Part shown: positions 25,667 through 35,044 of the stretch, in pieces
Position numbering within the stretch: the first letter of the stretch is position 1
Layout of the letters: every line of letters begins with the position of its first letter
Source of the DNA: a virus
Strand: one strand, 5' to 3'
Length of the DNA: 48,086 nucleotides
Virus record (IMG/VR): IMGVR_UViG_3300019135_000007
Notes under the pieces: model-generated
The model's input: the letters and a program-made list of their open reading frames with translations, nothing else
Database searches by the model: none
Told to the model about the DNA's origin: nothing
Position numbers and translations under genes: made by a program

Positions 25667-26017
25667 TTAAGCATAAAAAGCAACATATGCTTTGTTTCCT
25701 GCAGTAGCACCTTTGAATACTTTTCCTACTGCTTCACCTGTGCTTTTTGGAGCCACTTTGCCAGTAGCATCAATTTCAACTTCTTGACCTGCAGTAACTG
25801 CAGAGCCTGCTACAAGTTCTAAAACTGGCTTGTTGATTAAGATTGTTACTAATCCCATTTCAGGAGCCACAACAACCACACCATCAGCCTTAACTCCTGC
25901 ACCTGCTTTAGAAACAGTCATATCACCACTAACTACAACAAAGTCACCTTCTACCATTGAGTTGTCAGAAGTTTTAAAAGTCAAAGTTTGAGCAGGAATA
26001 GCCTTAATAACTGCCAT
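25667..26017 (-). CDS. Head decoration-like protein (DUF2190-like, 116 aa)
   Basis: Gly/Ala/Val-rich small protein between the scaffold and capsid genes. Confidence 0.5.
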   Translation of the reverse strand: MAVIKAIPAQTLTFKTSDNSMVEGDFVVVSGDMTVSKAGAGVKADGVVVVAPEMGLVTILINKPVLELVAGSAVTAGQEVEIDATGKVAPKSTGEAVGKVFKGATAGNKAYVAFYA

Positions 26018-26035
26018 TATTCTTCACTCCTTTTA

Positions 26036-27016
26036 TTAACCAAAGTATTTTTTAGCTAGTTCTTCAGGAGATAAATCTTCATCTGACTTATCTTCACTAA
26101 AGTTGCCTTGTTCTTCTTCAATCTTCACTTCCACTGCATTTTCCATGAACTGCTTAAATAACTCTGCTTGTTCATCAGTGAAAGAAGCTAGTAATTTTTC
26201 AGCAATTTCAACTTGTGCAGGAACCATTTTCCCTGCTTCAGCATAAGAATTAACTTCTGCCTTAATTTTTGAAGTCTTGATTTCAGTTTCTAACTCTGCA
26301 ACCTTCTCATTTGCTTTTTTAGCTTCCTCTTTGTATGCTTCTACTTCTTCTTTATAGAAAGTTTTTAAGCCCTCTACCAATTTAGTAGAAACTTCAGAGA
26401 AGTCAGCCCTGCCATCTTTCAAAGAAGCCAATTTAGCATCAAGTAACTGCTCAAGTTGTTTAATATCCATTCCAGTGTCACTCTCCTTCAGTTCTTCTAT
26501 GTCCTCTGAATTAAGGACAATGCCTTTTATATTCTTAAGGTGTGGGATACTAACCACACTTAAGGCTCTAAAAACCATTCCATAGACCTTTCCATTACTT
26601 TCTTCCCTGTAGTTCTTATAGATTTCAGCAGAAACCTTTTTCCATGTGCCCCTCTGAATCTTTTCATAGGCTTCTTTCTCTGTGATAAGAGCATCAGCAT
26701 AAAGGGCATCATCCTTTACATAAAGGTCTACAATCCACCCAATGGTATCCCTAGCACTCTCTGAATGGTCTACTTTCATTGGTGGCTCAAGTAAGCCTTC
26801 TTCCTTGAGTTTCTTAAAGTTTTCTTCCATCATCTTCAGGTGTTCTACAGTGTAGGTTTCCCCTCTCCAAACACCTGCCTTAAATGCTTCAATACCTCTA
26901 ATCAGGTATCCATTCTCACCTTCTTGAAACTCAATAACAGGAAGGTTAGCAACATATACTTCCAAAAGGTTCACCCCCTTCCCAAAAATAAGGAAAGAGA
27001 AGTAGGTAAAACCCAC
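26036..27016 (-). CDS. Scaffolding protein candidate (possibly Mu gpI-like)
   Basis: 326 aa; acidic coiled-coil C-terminal half; between the MuF-like and capsid genes. The start codon is uncertain. Confidence 0.5.
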   Translation of the reverse strand: MGFTYFSFLIFGKGVNLLEVYVANLPVIEFQEGENGYLIRGIEAFKAGVWRGETYTVEHLKMMEENFKKLKEEGLLEPPMKVDHSESARDTIGWIVDLYVKDDALYADALITEKEAYEKIQRGTWKKVSAEIYKNYREESNGKVYGMVFRALSVVSIPHLKNIKGIVLNSEDIEELKESDTGMDIKQLEQLLDAKLASLKDGRADFSEVSTKLVEGLKTFYKEEVEAYKEEAKKANEKVAELETEIKTSKIKAEVNSYAEAGKMVPAQVEIAEKLLASFTDEQAELFKQFMENAVEVKIEEEQGNFSEDKSDEDLSPEELAKKYFG

Positions 27017-27020
27017 TTCC

Positions 27021-27800
27021 CTAATGCTTTAGCTTATTTACAGGTGTCCATTGTGGATTATCAAAGCCATCCTGTGGCTTTTCTACTTTACTAAAATCAT
27101 CTTCTGTCCAATCCTCATATCTTGTGATTGGAAGAAGGATGCTTCTGCAGTTAAAGTGGTTAGGTGGCAAATACACACTAATCAGTGGACTATCTATAGC
27201 CATTATCTTGCCATGTAGTCCTCTACATAATGGAGTAGTCCTTTTATCAAGGATAGCAGAGTATTGCAAGGCTTCTACAAACCCTCTCCTAGACTTGTAT
27301 TGCTCTAGCCTTCCACTGTTATAGGCTTTTGTGCTTTCAGTCCTTGCTATTGTGTGGAGCCTGTTTGTAGTAAACCCATCATAACTAGCATCATTCTGCA
27401 ACTTCTTCACAATATCCTGAATGTGCAAGCCTTCTTCAATAGATGTTTTTACAGTGCCCTGAATGTTGTCTAAAATTGCCTGTTCAAACACCCCTGCAAG
27501 GTAAATTGCATAGGCAGAATACCAATTTAATGATTGTTCAGGTACAACCTCTACTGAAGGTAAGGTTTCAATACTAGGTGGTTCTTCAGGATGTTCTGAA
27601 AATGCCCTTTGCTTCTTCTTGAAATAGGCATCAATCATCTGCAGTTCTTTTTCTGACTGCTTGAAACCCTCTAGGAAGGTCTTTACAAAGAAATACTCCA
27701 TTGTAGCAATCAAGTATTTATCCTTCCCTTTAGAATAGTTCACTTTAGTAGGGGTTTTTACCTCATTTACCATCATTTGTAAAAAATCTTTTGACTTCAC
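27021..27800 (-). CDS. Head morphogenesis protein (Mu F / SPP1 gp7 family)
   Basis: ARTESTKAYNSGRLEQY and PPNHFNCRS motifs. Confidence 0.85.
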   Translation of the reverse strand: MKSKDFLQMMVNEVKTPTKVNYSKGKDKYLIATMEYFFVKTFLEGFKQSEKELQMIDAYFKKKQRAFSEHPEEPPSIETLPSVEVVPEQSLNWYSAYAIYLAGVFEQAILDNIQGTVKTSIEEGLHIQDIVKKLQNDASYDGFTTNRLHTIARTESTKAYNSGRLEQYKSRRGFVEALQYSAILDKRTTPLCRGLHGKIMAIDSPLISVYLPPNHFNCRSILLPITRYEDWTEDDFSKVEKPQDGFDNPQWTPVNKLKH

Positions 27801-27916
27801 ATATTCCTTTACCCTAGTGATAAAATCATCCTCAAGCCCATTCAGAATATCTAGGGTCTTTTTTACATCAATAAAACTCTCTCTAAAAGCTAGGGTAACT
27901 TCTTCTGAATGGGTAT

Positions 27917-29344
27917 CTACTTTCCCTCTGTCTTGTCTAAATTGCCCCTACCTTTAGAGTTAAGTGGATGTGAGCCTGAATCTTTAGTGCCCTTGGAAGT
28001 TGGATTTCCTCTTGCCCCTTCTTCATCATCAGATGGGGCAGGGTTCTTGGAGTTTTCAACATCATGCTCCAATCTCTGCAACTTCAATTCAGCTTCTTTC
28101 TTAACCCTATCCTTGTGTTCCTTGTCCATGACAGGGAAGCCTAATTCATCCCTAATCCAATCTTCTGTAGGCTCAAGAATTTGGGCATTAACAAGTTTAA
28201 AGAATATGTCTGATAGTTTGTCCCTATCCTTATCTTGTAATGGAGCAAATTTCATTTCAGGATAAACCTCTTGCTTGCCAAAGTTAATATCAATGAGTTT
28301 TTTGATAATCTTCTCATTGATTACTTTCTCTAACTGTCTTTGGATGCTTTGAAGTCTGAATAAGTACATATCAAAATGTGACTGCCCCAAAGCATATGAG
28401 CCTGTTCCTGAACCCTCATTACCAAACAACAAGGAAGGAATCATTAGCCCCCTCAAAATCATCATGTTATGATGGTTAATGTATGCCACAAAATCCATAC
28501 TTTTTGTTGTGTCCAGTACCTTAATATCTTCAGTTCCTGAAATAGCTACCCCTGTTCTGCCTAAAATATTGTCCAAAACAGCCCTCATTTTACTAACCTC
28601 ATTCTTGTTAGTAACCTTGCCTACCAAAAGTGGGCTACCATTTCTCTCATAAGCCATGTTTGCAAACTTATAAATGTAGTTCTTAATGTACCAGTGGTTA
28701 TGAACTGCATGTAGGGCAGAGCTTCCATATGGGTTCCCAAACTCTGCATCAAAAGAGTAAATAATAACCTTATCCTTTGGTATTCTGATGGTCTTGGAGC
28801 CAATCTCTTGAATAACCTCAACTACATCCCCATAGTCATTCTGCCTAAATTTGATGGAAACTGGATTTAAGACTTTAGCCTTTTTTAAGCCAATTTTGCC
28901 TTTCCATTTCCCCTCTTTATACCTGATGAAAACTGGTTCAGTAACAGAAAAACCTGCCCAAATAGCAGAAAGCATTTGGTCTAGTGTTTCATCAAAAGAG
29001 TGTTCCATATTTTTGAAAGCATAGTTTAAAAACTCAATCTGCTTATCATATTCATCCATCTTTTCTACATCCAAATCCTGCAGTGGTCTTTTAAAAACAT
29101 ATCCCTTTGCTAAAATTGGAAGCCTTAAAGCCAAAAGACCTGCCCTGCACTGTGCATCTGTCTTTCTCATTTTGTTATATGTTTCAATGCCTACAGGGTC
29201 AGGGTTGTCATCAATACCATGATTGTATCTTGAAACATAACTATCCCTGTAAAGAGATAATTCTTCCAACAAATCCTCTACAGATAGTTCTGCAGGTTGT
29301 GTCTTGTCAATCCTGCCCTCCCTAAATCTATCAAAGAACCCCAT
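27917..29344 (-). CDS. Portal protein
   Basis: 475 aa between terL and the MuF-like gene (canonical order); acidic/basic C-terminal tail. Confidence 0.8.
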   Translation of the reverse strand: MGFFDRFREGRIDKTQPAELSVEDLLEELSLYRDSYVSRYNHGIDDNPDPVGIETYNKMRKTDAQCRAGLLALRLPILAKGYVFKRPLQDLDVEKMDEYDKQIEFLNYAFKNMEHSFDETLDQMLSAIWAGFSVTEPVFIRYKEGKWKGKIGLKKAKVLNPVSIKFRQNDYGDVVEVIQEIGSKTIRIPKDKVIIYSFDAEFGNPYGSSALHAVHNHWYIKNYIYKFANMAYERNGSPLLVGKVTNKNEVSKMRAVLDNILGRTGVAISGTEDIKVLDTTKSMDFVAYINHHNMMILRGLMIPSLLFGNEGSGTGSYALGQSHFDMYLFRLQSIQRQLEKVINEKIIKKLIDINFGKQEVYPEMKFAPLQDKDRDKLSDIFFKLVNAQILEPTEDWIRDELGFPVMDKEHKDRVKKEAELKLQRLEHDVENSKNPAPSDDEEGARGNPTSKGTKDSGSHPLNSKGRGNLDKTEGK

Positions 29345-29474
29345 AATTTCACCTTCCTTTATCTATGTGCAACCTTAAAGATTACATCAGCTATAAAAAA
29401 TAGTTCAATAAAGTAGGTGTACCAATTAGGTACACCATTAATCAACTTTAAAACTTTTTGATTACAACAAGGTA

Positions 29475-31055
29475 TTAAAATAACCTACTTTCAATATCCA
29501 GTAGATAATCTAAATCAAATTCTCTCCTATCTCCAAGTTCATAATCCAACTGCCTTGTACCATATTCTAGTGCTATCCTTGCATAATTCAATGAGTGCAA
29601 AGCATCATCATTAGCACCTGAAGGCTTTATGAGACTGATATATCCTGTTTTCCCACTTGTTGGAGTTACAGGTTTAGCTTCTACACAAGTGTAGTGTTTG
29701 AAAACCACATCATCAAGTAGGGCAGGATAGGCATAAGGGATTTCAATTTTTCTTTCTTTGAACAGGTCAATGGTTTCAAATAGCTGATAGTTCCTGTCTA
29801 TCACTAATTGAGTACCATCATCATTTTCCCTAATTAGTTCAGGTTCCCTTGAGCCAACTACATAAAATGCAGATTTCACCATATTGCCCCAGTAATCCTG
29901 AAGCATCTGAATTTGCATAGCACCAAACCCACTATCAGCCACTACCCCTTTTACATTGAACCTTTCAATTAGCTTATGAATCATTTCAACTTGGGTAGGA
30001 ATATGCATTTCTTGGAACCTGTCAACATAGACCAATTCAATCTTATCTGTAATTGGGTTCTGTGATAGGATTGTAACTACTGTGTAAGCAGAAGTTCCCC
30101 CTCCCCAGTCAATTCCCAAAAAGCACTCTCTACCTGCAGGAGCCTTGCTCCAAAAGGCTTTAGAAGGGTCTAAACAAGGCTTAATCATTTCAATGGTTAG
30201 TGGCTTGAGAAGTCCTGAATAGAACTCTCCTAGAACCTCATTGGCAAATTTCATTTCATCATAGGTTCTTCTTTTATACTCAATTTCTTCCTCTGTAATC
30301 CAAGGCATCATTGTTTGGCTTAATAAATACCCTCTAAACAGACATTTTTCAGGGTCTTGTGTAGGTATCCATTTTTGTTGCTTTCTATCCCAAACCCTCT
30401 TGTCAGATAACTCCCAAAACCTCTCATAAAGTGTTCCAGTTTGCTTTGGTGTTCCTGCCATCAGCACCTTGCCCCTTAACCTTGTATCCTTCCCATTAAT
30501 TTTAACAGTGGTAACAACCTCACTGTGGGAAAGAGTTTCTACTAGGGTACTGTAAGAGCCTTCTTCAATATCCTGCATTTCATCAAAGAGGATAAAATCA
30601 CCTGAAATACCCCTCAAGCTATCTCCATCATTCCAAGCAGAACCTATATAGAGTTGATGATGGTTTTTAAACTTGTAATGGGTAACAGTCTGTTTATCAA
30701 TGGATTGCATTAAGATACCACCTTTAGACTGTTTCAGGGCATTTAAGAACCTGTCAGAAGAAAACCTTGTGGCTTGCTCATACCTTGGGGCAACATAAGT
30801 AGATGTTCTATAGGGTTGTGTGAAGGCATTGTGTATAATTTTCCTTGTGATGGTTTCAGATTTCTCTACCTGCCTTCCTGCAACAAGGATAATCCTTGGG
30901 TGGTCATCCCTGTAAATCTCATAAAGATGCCTTCTATCTTGTGTAGGGTCATTTGGGTCATAGAACTTAAAGTCATGCCCCTTTACTGTTCCAAATGTTT
31001 CTGTAAAGAAAACAGGGTCTTTTAGCTTTTCAATTACTTCAGGGGATAATTTCAT
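29475..31055 (-). CDS. Terminase large subunit
   Basis: 526 aa; Walker A-like VAGRQVEKSE and Walker B ILFDEMQD, with a C-terminal nuclease half; overlaps the terS stop by 4 nt. Confidence 0.9.
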   Translation of the reverse strand: MKLSPEVIEKLKDPVFFTETFGTVKGHDFKFYDPNDPTQDRRHLYEIYRDDHPRIILVAGRQVEKSETITRKIIHNAFTQPYRTSTYVAPRYEQATRFSSDRFLNALKQSKGGILMQSIDKQTVTHYKFKNHHQLYIGSAWNDGDSLRGISGDFILFDEMQDIEEGSYSTLVETLSHSEVVTTVKINGKDTRLRGKVLMAGTPKQTGTLYERFWELSDKRVWDRKQQKWIPTQDPEKCLFRGYLLSQTMMPWITEEEIEYKRRTYDEMKFANEVLGEFYSGLLKPLTIEMIKPCLDPSKAFWSKAPAGRECFLGIDWGGGTSAYTVVTILSQNPITDKIELVYVDRFQEMHIPTQVEMIHKLIERFNVKGVVADSGFGAMQIQMLQDYWGNMVKSAFYVVGSREPELIRENDDGTQLVIDRNYQLFETIDLFKERKIEIPYAYPALLDDVVFKHYTCVEAKPVTPTSGKTGYISLIKPSGANDDALHSLNYARIALEYGTRQLDYELGDRREFDLDYLLDIESRLF

Positions 31056-31618
31056 TCTTCATTACCCCCAAGTAAACCTGAAAGAAGTGAAGCTAAATCA
31101 GCCATCTTCTGTTCTTCTTTCTTCAAAGTCATATTAAATTTCCTATCCAGTCCAAGCATACTAATGTACTTAATGAACTTGGAATCATTATCAATCAGGA
31201 TGCCCCTTTCATCCACCATACCATTTTCTGCTTCAAATAGTTCCTTTCTTGCTTGCCTAATGTAGTTTCTTAATGCTCTATCTAAAAGCAATTGGTTCAC
31301 TTCATCTAATTGGTATTTTTCAGTCCATGACTTCATAGTCTTTTCATACCAGTCATGTTCTTCAGGGGTTAAGAGTTTATTGGAGTAAATGCCATGCTTT
31401 AAGGCATAAGTATTTCCTTTCATAGCATCTTTTTGCTCTTGTGTCCTTGGTGGAGTTGCCCCACCATGATACTTACATTTTGTTTTGCCATCCATAGCCC
31501 AGTTTTTGCACTGGAAGCCTGTTTGTTTTGACTTGGCAGTACATCTTTGCCTACCTGTCTTGGCAAATTCTATTTTAATCTCTAGTTGTTCTGTGGCTTT
31601 TTTGGTTTCTTTGTCCAT
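31052..31618 (-). CDS. Putative terminase small subunit with an N-terminal Cys/His knuckle
   Basis: 188 aa; CTAKSKQTGFQCKNWAMDGKTKCKYHGG; translationally coupled to terL. Confidence 0.55.
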   Translation of the reverse strand: MDKETKKATEQLEIKIEFAKTGRQRCTAKSKQTGFQCKNWAMDGKTKCKYHGGATPPRTQEQKDAMKGNTYALKHGIYSNKLLTPEEHDWYEKTMKSWTEKYQLDEVNQLLLDRALRNYIRQARKELFEAENGMVDERGILIDNDSKFIKYISMLGLDRKFNMTLKKEEQKMADLASLLSGLLGGNEE

Positions 31619-31634
31619 TTTCTACACCCCCCAC

Positions 31635-31844
31635 TTAAATAGTTCAGTTAAGTAGGAGTTTTCTTCAGGATGGGGCAGGTTGTCAGTGTTTTTTAGGGAA
31701 AAGAGAAGAATTTTTAGTGGAATATAGCATACATATAATAAGGGAAGGTAATACACATCATTTTACCCCTTCCCTTGCTAACAATATTTCTTAAATTTTT
31801 TTTATTTTTTCTGTAAAAATCCCCTACTTGATTGAACTATTTAA
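31635..31844. repeat. 24-bp inverted repeat pair (21/24 identical) bracketing ~160 bp upstream of terS
   Basis: The reverse complement of 31635-31658 is CTCCTACTTAACTGAACTATTTAA; 31821-31844 reads CCCCTACTTGATTGAACTATTTAA. Confidence 0.8.
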
Positions 31845-31949
31845 AATGAATTTGTTAGGGGTCAATATTATTATATATAAGACAATATATAGAAACTCTT
31901 TAGAGTTTCCCTTCCTGAAAGGAAGGGCTAAAATAATCTTTTAATACAT

Positions 31950-31990
31950 AAAAACAGAAAAGGTGGGGCAGATTTTCCTGTTCCCACCTT
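31950..31990 (-). terminator. Rho-independent terminator separating the early island from the packaging genes
   Basis: Minus sense AAGGTGGG-N15-CCCACCTT followed by TTCTGTTTTT. Confidence 0.7.
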
Positions 31991-31998
31991 AATTTCTT

Positions 31999-32328
31999 TT
32001 ATTTTTCCTTCAGATGAATAGATGCCCCACTTCTTGCCTGTATCACTTTAAACACAAAGTCAACTTCCTTATCAGTTAGTCCCCTAAATTCAGGAGTATC
32101 ATTTCCAATAAAGAATATGGTTCCATGTATTCCAAGGCAGTTTAGGGGCAGGTTCTGTAACATCCCTTCTTCATTACACACTATTAGGATTTCCCCATCA
32201 GGAGTTGCAGGAACCACTTCAATGTATCCCCCAACTATCTTCTGCATTTCCTCCAGTTCTCCCTTGATTTCCTTGGAGTACACATAATCTGCCCCATCCC
32301 CATAAGGCTTTACCACTACAACTTGCAT
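31999..32328 (-). CDS. DUF3846-like protein
   Basis: ORF 31999..32376, with the likely start at MQVVVVKPYG. LEEMQKIVGGYIEVV...IVCNEEGMLQNLPLN fits the DUF3846 pattern. Confidence 0.65.
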   Translation of the reverse strand: MQVVVVKPYGDGADYVYSKEIKGELEEMQKIVGGYIEVVPATPDGEILIVCNEEGMLQNLPLNCLGIHGTIFFIGNDTPEFRGLTDKEVDFVFKVIQARSGASIHLKEK

Positions 32329-32388
32329 CAATTTAGACCATCCTTTCATATTGCTTTGTTTTTGTGTCCCTCTCATTGGGACAATTTC

Positions 32389-32417
32389 ATAATAGCATCA
32401 TTACATACCAATGTCAA
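32389..32417 (-). promoter_or_regulatory. Early sigma-A promoter
   Basis: -35 TTGACA (32412-32417), 17 nt, -10 TATTAT (32389-32394), followed by the CA-rich leader. Confidence 0.7.
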
Positions 32418-32504
32418 CATAATATTAAAATTGAATTTAAAAAATTTCTGACCTGCCCCACTTCTGAAATAAGGGCATGGGGTTCCAGTCCAAGGGTAGC
32501 CCCC

Positions 32505-32519
32505 TTGTATCTGATACAA
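32505..32519. promoter_or_regulatory. Perfect 7-1-7 palindrome TTGTATC-T-GATACAA in ORF-free DNA
   Basis: Read directly. Confidence 0.4.
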
Positions 32520-33246
32520 AAAATAAAATTACTAGAACCTGAAATGAAATGGAAGGTTGCATCCTGCAGGGAAAGGGTACACCCTTTCTTGTGAACTTAA
32601 GTGAACAAACAGAAAGGGGAATCATCTTTATGTTTTGTAATGCTTTAGTTGGTTAAAGTGTATAGGTTTTTGGATAAAATTAGTAGATAGAGTTGACTGC
32701 CCAACCCAGTTTGTACCCCCTCCAATTTTTGGAAGGCATACCCCCTATAATCCCCCACAATCTACCATATATGACATTATTTGTCAGTTTATACATTCAA
32801 TGAATTGTAATTTTATTCCAAGTTATTTTCCTTTATTGTTTCCTATCTTTTAAGAATAGAAACATTATTTTCTTTCCAGTGCTAGAAACTACTACATTTC
32901 CTAGCTTTTACAAATATTTTACAATTGGAGATAATGGACATATGGAAGAAACTTACATGAGGATATTTTGCCTAGTTGTGGAAGCTCTTTCCAGTAGAGC
33001 ATGTTGGAGTATCCCAACCACCATTTTCCAGTCAATTTATCCCAAAATACTCCCACATATTCCCTTGTATATTTTCCTATATTTTTATACATTTTGTTCC
33101 AATTTATTTCCATTTTTTTAACAAAAAATGTCATAAATTATTTCTATTTTCTTCCAGAAAGGTCACAGGTGACTGGTGTTATTTTCCTGTATTTTTCTTC
33201 CAGTAGATGGGGCAGTTTTCCAGTCATGAATAACAAAAAAAGGAAG

Positions 33247-33471
33247 CTAATCAGCTTCCAATTCATACCATATATATAACTTTTCTTTAACCTGCTTCAA
33301 TGTTAAATATTTCCTCTTTTTAGATGTTCTTGGGATTTTATTACATTCTCTAATGTAACTAACCTTTACAGTTTTTAACACTTCCAATATCTCTGCCTTT
33401 TCCTCACTGGTGGAAAAAGATGTATATTCCAGTAAATCCTTTTCCTTATTTATCCATGCTATGAACTTCAT
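33247..33471 (-). CDS. Hypothetical early protein (74 aa)
   Basis: ORF track; overlaps the upstream ORF by 26 nt. Confidence 0.45.
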   Translation of the reverse strand: MKFIAWINKEKDLLEYTSFSTSEEKAEILEVLKTVKVSYIRECNKIPRTSKKRKYLTLKQVKEKLYIWYELEAD

Positions 33472-33664
33472 TTTTTCCAGTACCTTTCCCCTTATTGGTA
33501 GTACATTTCCAAGACTTCCTTTTTAAACCACCAAATGCATCTTCCCCTGTTACTTCATTGGTAACATGTACTTCATAACATCCCTTGAAACTTCCATTTT
33601 CTACATATCCCACTACTTTGCCCACATAGTCATTGTGTCTATAAGGTTTCCCAATTAATACCAT
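33446..33664 (-). CDS. Hypothetical early protein (72 aa)
   Basis: ORF track; preceded by the AAACAAAACAATGTAAAGGGGA leader. Confidence 0.5.
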   Translation of the reverse strand: MVLIGKPYRHNDYVGKVVGYVENGSFKGCYEVHVTNEVTGEDAFGGLKRKSWKCTTNKGKGTGKNEVHSMDK

Positions 33665-33770
33665 ATCTATTATCCCCTTTACATTGTTTTGTTTATTATA
33701 CCAGTATAGCTATTCTTTCTAGTCCCTTCTATATTGCTTTGAAGCAAGGGGGAAAATCCCCCCTATAGTT

Positions 33771-33799
33771 ATAATAACATTTCTATGTTCCAATGTCAA
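33771..33799 (-). promoter_or_regulatory. Early sigma-A promoter
   Basis: -35 TTGACA (33794-33799), 17 nt, -10 TATTAT (33771-33776); followed by the GGGGGGA-TTT-TCCCCC hairpin. Confidence 0.7.
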
Positions 33800-34204
33800 T
33801 TACCTTGCATAAACCTTTTTATCTTCCAATAATGCCCAGTGATAACCTTGTCCATTAGCATCCTTCATTGTCCCAAATATTGTAAATTTGTTCTGTTTGT
33901 ATGGGCTGTAGTAAAGAATGTCATATTGTCTTTTTACATCCCTATCCAGTTCCATAACTCCCAAAAATTCCCCTATTACATAGGCATGGACATTTTTTCT
34001 ATTTTCTTTCAATACTCTTTGCCTGCCTGCTTCACTAACTTGGAATACTGGATTTTTTAGCATGATGTTGTTTCCATGTCCCAAGACTTTCCCAGTCTTT
34101 GCATCCTTTACAGAAAATACATGCTTGTGTAGGTTGTAGTAAACTTTTACCATCATGCCCTTTTCTACTTGCCTGCCTTTGTAAGATTGTAACATTTCCA
34201 TCAT
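33800..34204 (-). CDS. Hypothetical early protein (134 aa)
   Basis: ORF track; AAAAAGGGGAATG SD region; no family recognised. Confidence 0.55.
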   Translation of the reverse strand: MMEMLQSYKGRQVEKGMMVKVYYNLHKHVFSVKDAKTGKVLGHGNNIMLKNPVFQVSEAGRQRVLKENRKNVHAYVIGEFLGVMELDRDVKRQYDILYYSPYKQNKFTIFGTMKDANGQGYHWALLEDKKVYAR

Positions 34205-34280
34205 TCCCCTTTTTCTTGTTTTGTTTTGTGTTCCCTTTTTTTGTTATCCTGCCATGGTTTCAAGGGGGAAACCACTGGAT

Positions 34281-34320
34281 AGAGGATTTAAGAGGTTTTA
34301 AGAGGATTTAAGAGGTTTTT
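34281..34320. repeat. Four tandem 10-bp repeats AGAGG(A/T)TTTA within an early 5' leader
   Basis: Plus strand reads agaggattta agaggtttta agaggattta agaggttttt. Minus sense gives 4 copies of CCTCTTAAA(A/T) about 15-55 nt downstream of promoter 34340..34368. Confidence 0.85.
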
Positions 34321-34339
34321 AAGTGGTCTTTCTATTATT

Positions 34340-34368
34340 ATAATATCAAACATGTTTTATAATGTCAA
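34340..34368 (-). promoter_or_regulatory. Early sigma-A promoter
   Basis: -35 TTGACA (34363-34368), 17 nt, -10 TATTAT (34340-34345). Confidence 0.7.
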
Positions 34369-34418
34369 TCATTAATTATAAAAAATGTTTCATATTATAA
34401 TAACTTTTTTAGATACAT

Positions 34419-34445
34419 GGGAGGGGATTGACCCCCTCCCTTTTT
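34419..34445. terminator. 8-bp GC hairpin after ardA; its U-tract lies on the plus strand
   Basis: GGGAGGGG-ATTGAC-CCCCTCCC followed by TTTTT on the plus strand. On the minus strand it is preceded by A5 and not followed by Us. Confidence 0.45.
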
Positions 34446-34449
34446 CCTA

Positions 34450-34956
34450 TTACTGTAAAACTTCCATATAGATACCATTTCCAAGATAGGCAAATGTCCC
34501 ATTAATTTCCATATCTCTGCCCACTGCATCCCAGTCAATGTAATTAATTAGGTTACTTGGTATATTTTCCATTTGCCCAGTTTCCTCATACCAAGCATAG
34601 GCAACATCTGCCATGTTATAGCAGTCATGAAAGAATGTTACTGCCCCATCTTTTACCAATTGGACTGCATCTTCATAGTCTGATACAAATCCAAGTTCTA
34701 ACAATTCCCCCACTGCCTTAATCTCATATTCTGCCATCCCTTCCAACATTTCTGCTACTTCATTAAGTTTGTCAATGGAAGTATATTCCTCAATTTTAAA
34801 TGGTGCTTCATAGTCATGAATGGCATATTCTTCATATTGGGCATTTAATCCAATTTTTTCTGCAATTTCTTCCAGTGATGCTGGAAGTGTAAACCATTCC
34901 CCTTGTAAAATCCCTTCATTGTATTTTCCCAAGTTAGCTACATAAATGTTAATCAT
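34450..34956 (-). CDS. ardA: ArdA-family antirestriction protein (DNA mimic)
   Basis: 168 aa, acidic. The N-terminus MINIYVANLGKYNEGILQGEWFTLP...EEYAIHDYE matches the ArdA signature. Confidence 0.85.
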   Translation of the reverse strand: MINIYVANLGKYNEGILQGEWFTLPASLEEIAEKIGLNAQYEEYAIHDYEAPFKIEEYTSIDKLNEVAEMLEGMAEYEIKAVGELLELGFVSDYEDAVQLVKDGAVTFFHDCYNMADVAYAWYEETGQMENIPSNLINYIDWDAVGRDMEINGTFAYLGNGIYMEVLQ

Positions 34957-35008
34957 TGTAAAATTCCCCTTTCATATTGTTTGTTGTTTTGTGTTCCTTA
35001 CACTTATT

Positions 35009-35037
35009 ATATTACCATGGATATGTTTTAATGTCAA
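35009..35037 (-). promoter_or_regulatory. Early sigma-A promoter for ardA
   Basis: -35 TTGACA (35032-35037), 17 nt, -10 TAATAT (35009-35014). Confidence 0.7.
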
Positions 35038-35044
35038 TCATTTT

